Both the position numbers and the translations under genes were made by a program. From Eledone cirrhosa (taxonomy: Eukaryota): DNA of 64,000 bases. The stretch's first letter is position 1; each line of letters opens with the position of its first letter. Location: NCBI GenBank assembly GCA_964016885.1, contig OZ024745.1:102424001-102488000 (forward strand). Direction: 5' to 3'. Of the stretch, positions 53,603-64,000 are shown piece after piece. The notes under the pieces were generated by a model. The model searched no databases and was not told the DNA's origin. It worked only from the letters and a program-made list of their open reading frames with translations.

Positions 53603-54714
53603 CAAAAGTGCAGCTTTAAGAGGAGTTAGAGATATTTTACATTTGAATATTTGATGTTAGTAAATCTAGTTTTAAAATAAGATTTTATGAATTTATAGAA
53701 ATGTTTCCATTTTTTTTACAAAAGCCAATTAAAATGATTAAACAATAGAACTGTTGGTTCAAATAGAATTATGGTTTTATTTATTGTAACAATGAACATG
53801 TTTGTGAAAGATATTTTCTAACATTTACATTGATACTATGTTTCAATTTGTTTTATCTGTGACCATCAGTAGAAACTTCATTCTCAGATGTGTACATAAG
53901 ACTCAACTGAATTTGAATGAGGAGACTATCTAACCTAGGAGTAATAACATTATCAAACATTAGGCTAGTGGATACAAATGTTAGGAGCTAGCAAATAAAA
54001 ATGTTTACTACCTTCAGTTTAGAAATAAAGTTTCCTAGTTCTTTTCCTGTATGTTATTGTGTATGTATTTCGGTGTTGCTCAAATATCAAACTATCATAT
54101 CTAAACAGTAAAGCATATTGGACTAATGTTTTATCATGGGAGAAAGATATTTACAATATTATAGACATATTTTCGCAAACAAATGTTACAAATAAAACAG
54201 CAGTGAGACATTAATTAAATTTTCTGCTATGAATTTTTAAATACTAATTAATTATCTAATATAAATACATATGCTGTTAATAGTATTTTCTATATAACAT
54301 GAGAATGATACTTTTTCAATACTGTATTGTAATCACAATAATTCTCAAATCTGTATTTTCGTACGACATGTATGACTTAAAAAAAGTGTGATTTAATGCA
54401 GGCCATTTTTAATCAAATGCTGCAGTTTCTGCATTAGCTTGATATAACTATATTTTTGTCTTTCTCATTGTGTGTGTCTTTATGTGTGTGCATGTGTCTT
54501 TATGTGTGTGTGTGTGTTTACATGTGTTTATATGTGTGTGTGTGTTTATATGTGTGAGTGTGTGTGTTTATGTGTGTGTGTGTGTGTTTATATGTGTGAG
54601 TGTGTGTGTTTATATGTGTGAGTGTGTGTGTTTATATGTGTGTGTGTGTTTATATGTTTGTGGTTTATATGTGCGTGCGTATATAAATCTATATAAAAGG
54701 GAAGATAAAGACAG

Positions 54715-55025
54715 AAACAGCCATCTAATGACCATGGGATTTGCATATAGAAAACTGCCCTCCAAGGTGCAAGTCCAGGCAAGATTGTTTGTGGAAGACC
54801 AGCAGCCGTTCATACATACCAGTCTCCCATCTCCACACCACCGATGTTGTCCAAGGGAAAGGCAATGGCCGACACAGATTGGCACCAGTCACGTCACAAC
54901 TCATTTCTATAGCTGAGTAAAGCGGAACGGGAAATAAAGTCTCTTGCTCAAGAACAAAACAAAGCCCGGTCCAAGAATGGAACTCACAACCTCACTATTA
55001 TAAGCCCGACACATGAACCATGCAT
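54715..55025 (-). mobile_element. composite SINE (CORE-like head plus the 14090-type body)
   Basis: CTCATTTCTATAGCTGAGTAAA..TCTTGCTCAAG..GGAACTCACAACC joined to the body shared with 14090-14270. Confidence 0.7.
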
Positions 55026-55034
55026 CTTCACACA

Positions 55035-55035
55035 C

Positions 55036-55079
<44 letters not shown>

Positions 55080-55178
55080 GAGAAAGAAAGAGAGAGAAAG
55101 AGAGAGAAAGAGAGAAAGAAAGAGAGAGAAAGAGAGAGAGAGAAAGAGAGAGAGAAAGAGAAAGAGAGAGAGAAAGAG

Positions 55179-55225
<47 letters not shown>

Positions 55226-55305
55226 GAAAGAGAGAAAGAGAGAGAGAGAGAGAGAAAGAGAGAAAGATAGAAAGATAGAAAGAGAGAAAGATAAGAGAGA
55301 GAGAT
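55035..55305. repeat. (GA)n/GAAA polypurine repeat
   Basis: Direct inspection. Confidence 0.92.
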
Positions 55306-55576
55306 AAGGTGCATGTGAATGCACTTTGATATACAGATCATGCAACAGAACCTGCAGTCTGGGTAACTATTAATCTTTTATTAATTATATTCCTTTTGTT
55401 TTCTTTGGCTATTGTTGTCTATCCATTATATCTATTGAGTCAACTGATCAGAGCAATTCTTTGTCTCCTTTTCCTTCACTGACTGGATATTCATTCATAA
55501 TCAATTTGATGCATGTGGCCACTAGGCTATCAACATTGATTGATTTTGTCAATAATCAAATTATAGTGTATGTATG

Positions 55577-55618
<42 letters not shown>

Positions 55619-55659
55619 ATATTAAATAAATGGAAAACTATATTTATAAAACCATATTT

Positions 55660-55723
55660 ATTTCATTATATATATTTCGGGGATATCATATTAACAATAT
55701 GCTATGCCTTCATCAGACAAAAT
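55660..55723 (-). ncRNA. type I hammerhead ribozyme (mirror copy)
   Basis: Reverse complement of 55881-55944. Confidence 0.75.
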
Positions 55724-55880
55724 ACAATATAAACAGTTTTATAGATAAATAGATTCGACATACCGTTATAACACCGACTTCATTTGAAGAGGTTTACGCT
55801 GCCAGCGTAAACCTCTTCAAATGAAGTCGGTGTTATAACGGTATGTCGAATCTATTTATCTATAAAACTGTTTATATTGT

Positions 55881-55944
55881 ATTTTGTCTGATGAAGGCAT
55901 AGCATATTGTTAATATGATATCCCCGAAATATATATAATGAAAT
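55881..55944 (+). ncRNA. type I hammerhead ribozyme (intact core)
   Basis: ATTTTGT-CTGATGA-AGGCATAGCATATT GTT AATATGATATCCCC-GAAA-TATATA-TA^ATGAAAT: 7-bp stem I with 2 GU pairs, long stem II with mismatches, palindromic stem III; AATAAA follows. Confidence 0.78.
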
Positions 55945-56074
55945 AAATATGGTTTTATAAATATAGTTTTCCATTTATTTAATATTGTAAATATACTCCA
56001 AATATTTGTCGAGTGCTTTTATATCAGTTATAAATATTTACTAGTTGTAACCCAACAATTTTAAATATAACTTT

Positions 56075-56124
<50 letters not shown>

Positions 56125-56129
56125 ACACA

Positions 56130-56208
56130 CAGGGTGTTCCAAAAAGATGTATACACACTTCAACGGCATTCTAATAAATATTACCTTTACATTTTTTAGG
56201 ACACCCTA
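56130..56208. mobile_element. tiny Tc1/mariner-like MITE
   Basis: TIRs CAGGGTGTTCCAAAAAGATGTA / TACATTTTTTAGGACACCCTA, in a TA/CA context. Confidence 0.65.
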
Positions 56209-56259
<51 letters not shown>

Positions 56260-56323
56260 ACCCTACCACAAAGGGTAGACCACATTGAAGCACACACGCA
56301 CGTAAATAAGACCATTATTACTC

Positions 56324-56512
56324 CGGTGGGTTGGCAGCATCGGTAGAGGGTCGGACGCCATGCTTTCCAGCATAGTTACATCCCATTACGATCTGAGTTC
56401 AAATTCCGCTGAGGTTGACTTTGCCTTTCATCCTTACAGGTGTCGATAAAATAAAGTACCAGTAATGCACTGGGTAATTGCTGGCCTTGTGCCTAAAGTA
56501 GAAACAATTATT
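56324..56512 (+). mobile_element. Meta-like SINE
   Basis: GAGTTCAAATTC B-box; GCCTTTCATCCTTACAGGTGTCGATAAAATAAAGTACCAG. Confidence 0.85.
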
Positions 56513-57394
56513 ACTCCAATCAGTTTACTGACCCTCATCAAACACCCTAAGCCAAATGCCAACCTGTATCCACGACTTCTGCCAAACCAAACCGCACTCA
56601 TCTTCCAAATTCAGCAAAGTTTTGGTTTTCACTGTTGGTCTGTCTCCATTCATTGTTGGTCTTGAGCATTTTTCAACCACATCAATCAATACGTACCACA
56701 CACTGACTACCAACACCAACGCCTCATTCAACCAACCAACAACATTTCTGTTAAACATCCAATATCGAATACACTTTATCATATCACACTTCTCCTTACA
56801 CTTTATTACAGTTCATTCAAGAAGCAACATCTAAACTAAGTACTAAGTTGTTTAATATTTGATTGAAGAAAGTTATTCCTTTTCGTTTTTTATCTAGATC
56901 TTCAATAATTAGTTATTTAGTCATTTAGAAACAATTTTCTACCGAGGATTTTCCACTTTAGAAAGCACGTTTCATACCAATAGTTTATATAAATTTTATT
57001 TTATTTTATTTTATTTTATTTTATTTTGCAATTAGCTTTTTTTTTTTTTTTTTTTTTCAATATTCACATCTATTTACAAAAGAGAAAATATCAAGGAAGT
57101 GTTTTGGAAAAGAAACAATGAAAAAAGATTTGATAATAAGTAAAACAAAATGTATTTAAAATGATTTGTATGATTATAAATATCAATCTGAAGTTGATTT
57201 CGGTGTAAAATATTGTACTCAAGTGCATATTCAAACTAATGCACTTAATATTGTTTCAGTTGTCAACTTCTCAGCTCTGATATTTTTCTTATTACCAAAA
57301 CCATTCCATTTATATATAAAACACTCATACTTGTGTATCTATGTATGTATATAGATACACATACATATATGTATGTATATAACATACAAACAAG

Positions 57395-57439
<45 letters not shown>

Positions 57440-57721
57440 GCATCTATATATACTCACATACACATATATACAATGTTGAATCACTTGGGTTCACTTTAAC
57501 ATAATATTGTCATCATGAAAAAGGACTGATTTTGTTTTTACATAAGCCTAATATGTGCATATATATATATTTTTAGTATATGTTGGTTGTTTACTGACAT
57601 CTCAGTATGCAGATTGGAGCACTCAACGAAGTACGCAGGATGGTTTGTTTACTCCGGAGTAATGTAAAATAATTAAGTCAAATATGTAAAATTTGGCTTC
57701 GATTATTATAAATTAAAAATT

Positions 57722-57776
57722 ACTGCTATATATATTTCGGTGACAGCCATCATTGGCTGTGACCTCTTCAGGAAGT
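57722..57776 (-). ncRNA. type I hammerhead ribozyme (intact core)
   Basis: Minus strand ACTTC-CTGAAGA-GGTCACAGCCA ATGA TGGCTGTCACC-GAAA-TATATA-TA^GCAGT; one stem I mismatch. Confidence 0.78.
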
Positions 57777-58085
57777 CCGAATTGGTGTGGAAAAGACAGG
57801 TACACATGTTGTTGAAGTGTGTTTTACTCCGTCAATACATCGATATGTCCAACTCCTGGGTGTGTTGTTATTCCTCCGAGGAACTGGAATCTTATGTGCT
57901 AGAACAAACGAATTTCAGCATCATAGGACATGCTCGTATCCCATTTGTCAGTTGTGAGAACATTCCTCAGTCAAAAGTCTACAGAAATTCTTCTGAGGCA
58001 AGTCAGCCTGTTATAAGTTGTTTTTGTTAGCAACACACCCACCTAGCAGCTAAAATCATGCCTCACACCACTGTGGTCAATTCGC

Positions 58086-58140
58086 ACTGCCTGAAGAGGT
58101 CACAGCCAATGATGGTTATCACCAAAATATATATAGCAGT
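58086..58140 (+). ncRNA. type I hammerhead with a GAAA to AAAA mutation
   Basis: ACTGC-CTGAAGA-GGTCACAGCCA ATGA TGGTTATCACC-AAAA-TATATA-TA^GCAGT: perfect stem I, catalytic G12 lost. Confidence 0.7.
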
Positions 58141-58322
58141 AATTTTAAATTTATAATAAATAAAGCCAAATTTTACATATTTGACTTAATTATTTTACAT
58201 TACTCCGGAGTAAACAAACCATCCTGCATACTTCGTTGAGTGCTCCAATCTGCATACTGAGGAGTTTTACATATTTGTCTTCTTATCATTATCAAATTTA
58301 TTTATATAATAAATATATACTG

Positions 58323-58357
<35 letters not shown>

Positions 58358-59120
58358 CTACATAGACGGACACACACATGTGTGTGCGCGTGTATATATA
58401 TATATATATATATATAAAGAATGTATTATAAATATTCAAAAGTATATACCAATGAAAATGAATTCAAATGTTTTCTCCGTATTCATTTGTTTGTCCTCAA
58501 AAGATGTTCATTAGAGGCTAAAGGTCACATTCTGTGAAACGAATATGGAGTAAAATAAATGCCTAGACTGCAAGTTGCTGGGGCCAGCCAGTCATAAGAT
58601 AATATTAGAAAAATAAAGGAAAATGAAATACAAGGACAAAAAGACAATTGGATTAATCTCAACCTCCCATACTATAAGGTGAAGATTGAAAATGTTCCAA
58701 CTCATGCCAGCATGGAAAAATGTGTAATGATGATGATGTTAATGTAATCTAGTAGTGCGTCTCATCATAACGATGTGTGCTCTATTTTCTGAACTGAGCA
58801 ATCCATTCTATTCTTCAGCTAGACACTGCATTTCATATTGCTTTTCATAATAGGGTTGTGGATCCTATCATTAAAATACTCAAGAGACTTCCTATGAGAT
58901 GCAACGTCACATATGGCCTGTTAAAACAGCATAGGTGTGAGCTGTGAATTTCATTTTTCATTTAAAAATGTCTGATCTCCCACATCAGAATAATAATGTG
59001 TGATTGTCTTCTGAGAACACCTGTCCTGTAGCCAGCACAAATAACACACGACAAACCTGATGTCTTGGACAGCACACAATCAGATTAGGGAATGAATCCC
59101 CAGATGCAACTTGACATCTG

Positions 59121-59698
59121 TGTCTAAAAACTAATATTGTTCATAAATTATTTATCAATACAGAGACTCAAATTGGATCAACGAAACAACATTTCCATAC
59201 CAGAATAACAATACTTTTAAAAGACAGCATCAATTGAAACAGTATTCCAGCACACATTGCTAAAGAAATAAAAATGACAGATGTTAGTGAGAATACAAAA
59301 GCTGTAAGCATATAATTGTTTCTACTTTTGGCACAAGGCCAGTAATTACCCAGTGCATTACTGGTACTTTATTTTATTGACCCTGTAATGATGAAAGGCA
59401 AATTTAACCTCGGGGTGGGGGGGGGGGGGGAGATTTGAACTCAGAATGGCAAGGGCCATAACTATGCGTCAAAGCATGGTTTCTGACCCTCTACTGATAC
59501 TGCCAATCCACAATGCTGTGGAATCACACTTCATGAGGAAATGGAACACTACCCTGAACTAAAGCAAGAAGCTGGACAGATATTTAGTATCTCTGAGCAT
59601 TAAAAAAGTGTATTCTTATGTTTTTAATTCATGAATTATCAATGAGAACAAAAAACAAAAAGCAACTCATCTGATGAAGAGTTATGAACTTGAAAAAC
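59121..59698 (+). pseudogene. Penelope-like GIY-YIG remnant and 3' end, split by a SINE
   Basis: CLKTNIVHKLFINTETQIGSTKQHFHTRIQ (59121-59210); after the SINE, AVESHFMRKWNTTLN (about 59515-59559); hammerhead core CTGATGA-AGAGTT ATG AACTT-GAAA at 59671-59695. Confidence 0.65.
59312..59510 (-). mobile_element. Meta-like SINE inserted into the Penelope remnant
   Basis: CTGGTACTTTATTTTATTGACCC..ATGAAAGGC..GATTTGAACTC; contains a poly-G expansion. Confidence 0.82.
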
Positions 59699-59916
59699 TT
59701 AACTCTTTAGCATTCACTTTACTCTATATTTACTATTGTCTTTTCATAGGAAAGGCTTTATCTTAGATAATTATTTCACATAATATCAAATCTATGAAAT
59801 TTTGATATTTATTATGAGAATACATTAACATTGGTAAGAGCAACCAGTTATGACTGGTTTGAACAGAAAGAAGTGAGGGAATTCTGGCCGGATACAGCCA
59901 GTTTAAATGCCAAAGG
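59699..59916. mobile_element. piggyBac-like MITE copy
   Basis: TTAA-CTCTTTAGCATT ... AATTCTGGCCGGATACAGCCAGTTTAAATGCCAAAGG. Confidence 0.72.
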
Positions 59917-60091
59917 CATCTTTTTAGTTGACAGTTATTTATTATATTATTTTATTGTTACGACATTTGGTCACTTTGTTATATATCATTTGTTAGCATG
60001 TGCTCAACCATTTGCTGATTCACTCAGCCATCCATTTGTTTCCTAACTATACATGTTACTTATAATATTAAATTGACTGACATATCTCCTC

Positions 60092-60440
60092 CTCATCATC
60101 ATCGTTTAACATCCATTTTCCACGCTAGCATGGGTTAGACTTGTCATTCCATTTGAGGTAAGTTTGGTCAGATGCCCATGTCTTACTCATATAGGACTGT
60201 TTCTGGCAAGGTGTCTATGACTGGATGCCCTTCCTAATGCCGACCACATTTACAGTGTGTGCTGGGTGCTTTTAGCCACGACTCCTACATTACCACTTTA
60301 CAGTGTAGGTTGGGTGCTTTTTGTTGTGACATCAACACAACCACTTTACAGTGTGGGCTGGATATATTTTGTTCACAATGTAAGGGTGGTGTGTGGACAG
60401 GAGTGGGTGGGGTATAGTGGTTAAGAGGTGCCTACTAGGT
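60092..60440 (-). mobile_element. RTE 3' UTR / SINE tail with three ACACTGTAAA subrepeats
   Basis: CATCATCATCGTTTAAC..GCTAGCATGGG..GGATGCCCTTCCTAATGCC..GAGGTGCCTACT (compare 15780 and 44850). Confidence 0.75.
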
Positions 60441-61447
60441 GTACTCCTAACCAAGGAAATCTATTGAGGTTGTGTATTCAAGATATTCTATATTATTTTC
60501 ATATATTTCATATTTTCTGAATTATGTATAAACATTGTATATTACAATAGATGCATGCACAAAAACACACATTTGATATAGACATAATGAAAGCTTTTAA
60601 ACTGTAATCCTAGCTGTGAATATAAAGAAGTGTAAATACACTTTTTGCAATTTCCTCTGGACAGAACATATTAAGGAGATTGCTTTACAGCCATGGGACT
60701 GATTTACAGTGTGGCATCTTAGTCAAGTATCATACTGTAGCTTTGAACTGACCAACACCTAGCCAGTGGAACTGCATGAAAACTTGGTTGGTTGGTCGGT
60801 CGGCCAGCTGGTGTGCGTGTGCATTTACATTAGTTTATCTACTTTAATTTAGTGGTTCAACAATATGAGATTAGTAAAATAAATACCAGACTTGAAAAAA
60901 GAAAGGATTTGAGCTGATATAACCAACTAAATTTCTTCAATGTGGTGCCTCAACATAACTCCAGACTTGACTATAACCAGTAAAAGAGCAAAAATGCCTA
61001 ATTACTATAAAGTCTAGGTTTCATTAATGAGATCATATTAAGATCAAAATATGTCCAGGGTTTACTCCTACATTTGTCGAAATAAATAGAATATTAGTAA
61101 TTGATTTTGTATTTTTCTCACTGCAAAATTATTTCTAATTAGGTTTTCAATGTTCTCTGCAGTAAATATGATAACACTAATTTGACTAATTGTTTTGTAA
61201 TTGATATTTTATTAAGTTCCACATTGATTGTATAGAATTATATTAACAGTTATGTTTGAGAGTAATTTGTATATTTCTTACTGGTATGTGTAACTTGATC
61301 TCTCTTTATTGCTGTATTGTTGTTATATTAATTAGAATAATTAATATTATTGCCTGGTTTGACCTTTAGTTTTCATGCATTATATTCATGATTGGTTCAA
61401 TGTAATGAATGTGTATCTATACAATATATATGTGTAAAGTAAATTTT

Positions 61448-61773
61448 CATCATTGTCATTTTACGTCCTTTTCCCTGCTTGCAAAGGTGGGACAGGAACT
61501 GATTCTGGCTTGATTTCTACAGCTGGATGCCCTTCCTAACACCAACCTCATTTACAGTGAGTGCTGGGTGCTTTTTTTTCTGTGGCACCTCCATGACCAC
61601 TTTACAGTGGAATGATAGGGACCCTAGTCCTATCTCATTTCTACAGCTGAGTAAACTGGAGCAATGTGAAATAAAGTGTCTTGCTCAAGGAAACAACACA
61701 TCACCCGGTCTGAGAATTGAACTCACAACCTTTCGATTGCAAGGCCAATGCTAACCACTAAGCCATGTGCCTC
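61448..61773 (-). mobile_element. CORE-like SINE with RTE tail
   Basis: Reverse complement of the 51621-51956 family. Confidence 0.88.
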
Positions 61774-62074
61774 ATAAATGTATATTAATAATAATATTCA
61801 AACATGAAGCACTATGACTCATTAACAGTCGTATGAAGTCAGCAGTACACAACTCCCGATCACAACCAGGGAACAAAATTCTGTTGAGATCAACTTTGTC
61901 TTCCAGCATTCAAATATTTCTTATTACCAAATCTGTTGAACTTCCAGCTATGATGAATAGATGACATTTCAGCTGTGGAATTAAATTTAGAATCAAAAGG
62001 GGTCAGAGTAAATTAGCAGAGACTTAAGTTTAATAAGTAGGAAAGAAAACAAGACCCAAATACCAGCTAAGAAA

Positions 62075-62500
62075 GAGTCAAGCTTGATATGTAGATGGGC
62101 AGATAGGAATTCTGTATTGTGTACTCAATGTAAAATATGGGTACACAAGAGGTGTAGTGGGATCACAGGCAGGTTAATAGAAAAGGTAGACTTTGTATGT
62201 AGTAGATGAAAAGGATAGTTGCCAGTACAAACACATGAAAAACTTTTTTCCAATTCTAATAAGATCCATTGAAGTAATTGATAGTTTCTGTTATTTTGGT
62301 AATCAAATTAGTAGTATCGGGGGTGGGTTTGCTCTGAAAACAATAGATAGAATAAGAACAGGGAGATGCTACTTCTATTAGCAACAAAAGTAATTTCTCT
62401 CCAAGCAAAGAGTAGACTATGATGTTTGTATGAGAAGTCAATGCTGAGGAGATGCAAAAGTTAGAGAGAAATGAAGCCAACATGTTCCATTGAATATTTT
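62075..62500 (+). mobile_element. heavily decayed RTE fragment (PHD-like finger to thumb)
   Basis: NS..CTQCKIWVHKRCSGITGRL, IEVIDSFCYFGNQIS, and LERNEANM remnants. Confidence 0.7.
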
Positions 62501-64000
62501 ATGTTAGGGAAGTATTCTGTAATAGAAACTAAGAAAATATTTTTTGATAGTTACTATATTGCTCCTTGGCAGTAGTTGGATAAATATGTTTTCTATACCC
62601 ATTAACTTATGGATTCTATTTCCAACCTGTCTTTAGCCTGACATTTTATTCCTCTTGTAATATATAGAAAGATTGAACTACTTCAGAGTGTATTTTTCAT
62701 TTTTAATCATCTTTCCATATCAAAATAAAGCATAGCGAAAAGCTATGCAAACCAGGATATTTAAACAGATTATTATAGCTATAACGTGTCACTTTTAATT
62801 TAGCCAGTCCATTATAATTTGGCGTGTGCTTAGATTTCCTAACCAATTCCAATTTGAAGTATCCAAAACAACAATATTTAAACTCTTTGTTGAACACTAA
62901 TGAAGTAGAAATTTCTTTTAAATGAATATATAAATTTCCTTTAGATAATACTGAAACAACATTTTTCAAATTGGGAATATTATGAAATACATCTGTGTGG
63001 TGAATAGAACATTAAAACATGCCATATCTCTTATCTCTTTGTTTATTGATCTCTATAGGACATCATGTTTTGCATTATCTTATTTAAGAGTAGAGAAATC
63101 ATATATCAGGTAGTATCAAAATAGGATCTGTCAAAAATAGCAATGATGACATCCGAATATACTGAATAGGAAGTTTGTATAACCTCAGTGCAGATTTTGC
63201 ATGTAACATCAATCTTTTCAGTAACCATGCTTTCAACAACAATAATTCTTACAAAGTATGTATGAATGATATCAGGAGAGATTTGCCTGAAGTAATAGAT
63301 TATAGCTGTTTAATTTTATATTTCTATACAGATGGAATGAGCATGAACTTGTCTTAGCTTAGATGGATGTCATATCATTCAGTCCATTGTACAACAGCAA
63401 AACAGACTGGATTTCTTTCTTTTAACAAAGCATTCTTTATTGTAAATGTTCAAATGGAATCATCAATAAATATTTTCATTTAAGATATTTGGCTTTATTT
63501 TTGTATCATAATTTCTTGAACATTTGAATGTTGTCCTGTCTTTTGGAATACTTCAATGAAGATTGTATGTTGGATTCTGTTGATTTAGCTACACACTAAT
63601 GCTAGATAGTTTTTAAAGAAAATATTATAGTTAGTTTTGATTAAAGTTTTGCTGAAATAAAAATAAGTCATGCAAAATAGTTACTCTATTTTCAGATGTT
63701 TTAAGCTATCAACAAAAGTATATATCAATGATTCTAAATGGAGTGAAGTTCCAACAGGGAACAATTTGAAAATTTTGAGGGGAAAAACTTTTCAAAATTT
63801 TACATATCTTTTTAACACCAAACAAGATTTTATAAAAAGCATGGATAACATCAAATTTACACACACAAGTATGTGTATAAAAATTCATATAGATAGATAG
63901 ATAGATAGATAAATAGACATATATATATATATAGAGAGAGAGAGTGAAAAAGATGTTGTGCAATGTTGTAGTTTTGACAGTTGAGATTGTTGTGGTAACG

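Larger units (their letters stand above)
55616..56077 (+). mobile_element. perfect 185-bp-arm palindrome with two hammerheads plus tail, inserted in (TA)n
   Basis: 55616-55800 is the reverse complement of 55804-55988 with a 3-nt GCC loop (no mismatch found by eye); tail 55989-56077 contains GAGTGCT; (TA)n on both sides. Confidence 0.88.
57570..58261. mobile_element. fold-back element with arms of about 184 bp, each carrying a hammerhead
   Basis: 57601-57784 is inverted relative to 58078-58261, with a spacer of about 293 bp; short tail 57570-57600 runs into (TA)n. Confidence 0.85.

Noticed and set aside
56564-56653. Possible minus-strand coding exon MNGDRPTVKTKTLLNLEDECGLVWQKSWIQ ending at CAG|GTTGGC
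   Set aside because: Only 30 codons, weak donor site, no recognisable homology and no partner exons found; needs RNA-seq
62703-63357. Short ORFs in non-repetitive-looking sequence near the window end
   Set aside because: No recognisable domain, stops in alternative frames, no convincing exon boundaries

Overview
AT-rich, microsatellite-dense eukaryotic DNA. The SINE/RTE repeat complement suggests a cephalopod (Octopus-like) intron or intergenic region; this is an inference. I could not support any host protein-coding exon, and nearly all long ORFs in the track are simple-repeat or transposon artefacts. Recognisable content: several decayed RTE-clade LINEs (one near full length, with AP endonuclease, RT and a PHD-type Cys4-His-Cys3 finger), a CR1/L2-type LINE, a Ty3/gypsy pol remnant, many tRNA-derived SINEs (Meta-domain-like and CORE-like with RTE-derived tails), TTAA-flanked piggyBac-like MITEs, a tiny Tc1/mariner-like MITE, and mini- and microsatellites. 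The most striking signal is a set of short fold-back (inverted-repeat) inserts, mostly in or beside (TA)n tracts, that carry minimal type I hammerhead ribozymes (CUGANGA-stem II-GAAA-palindromic stem III-UA). Five copies have an intact core (7335-, 43380-, 55660-, 55881+, 57722-) and about five are decayed. They share a GAGTGCT tail motif and, in three cases, an octamer at similar spacing upstream. Decayed Penelope-like GIY-YIG ORF remnants lie nearby, one with a hammerhead core just downstream of its ORF end. This points to a Penelope-driven, ribozyme-bearing, microsatellite-targeted fold-back retroelement system.
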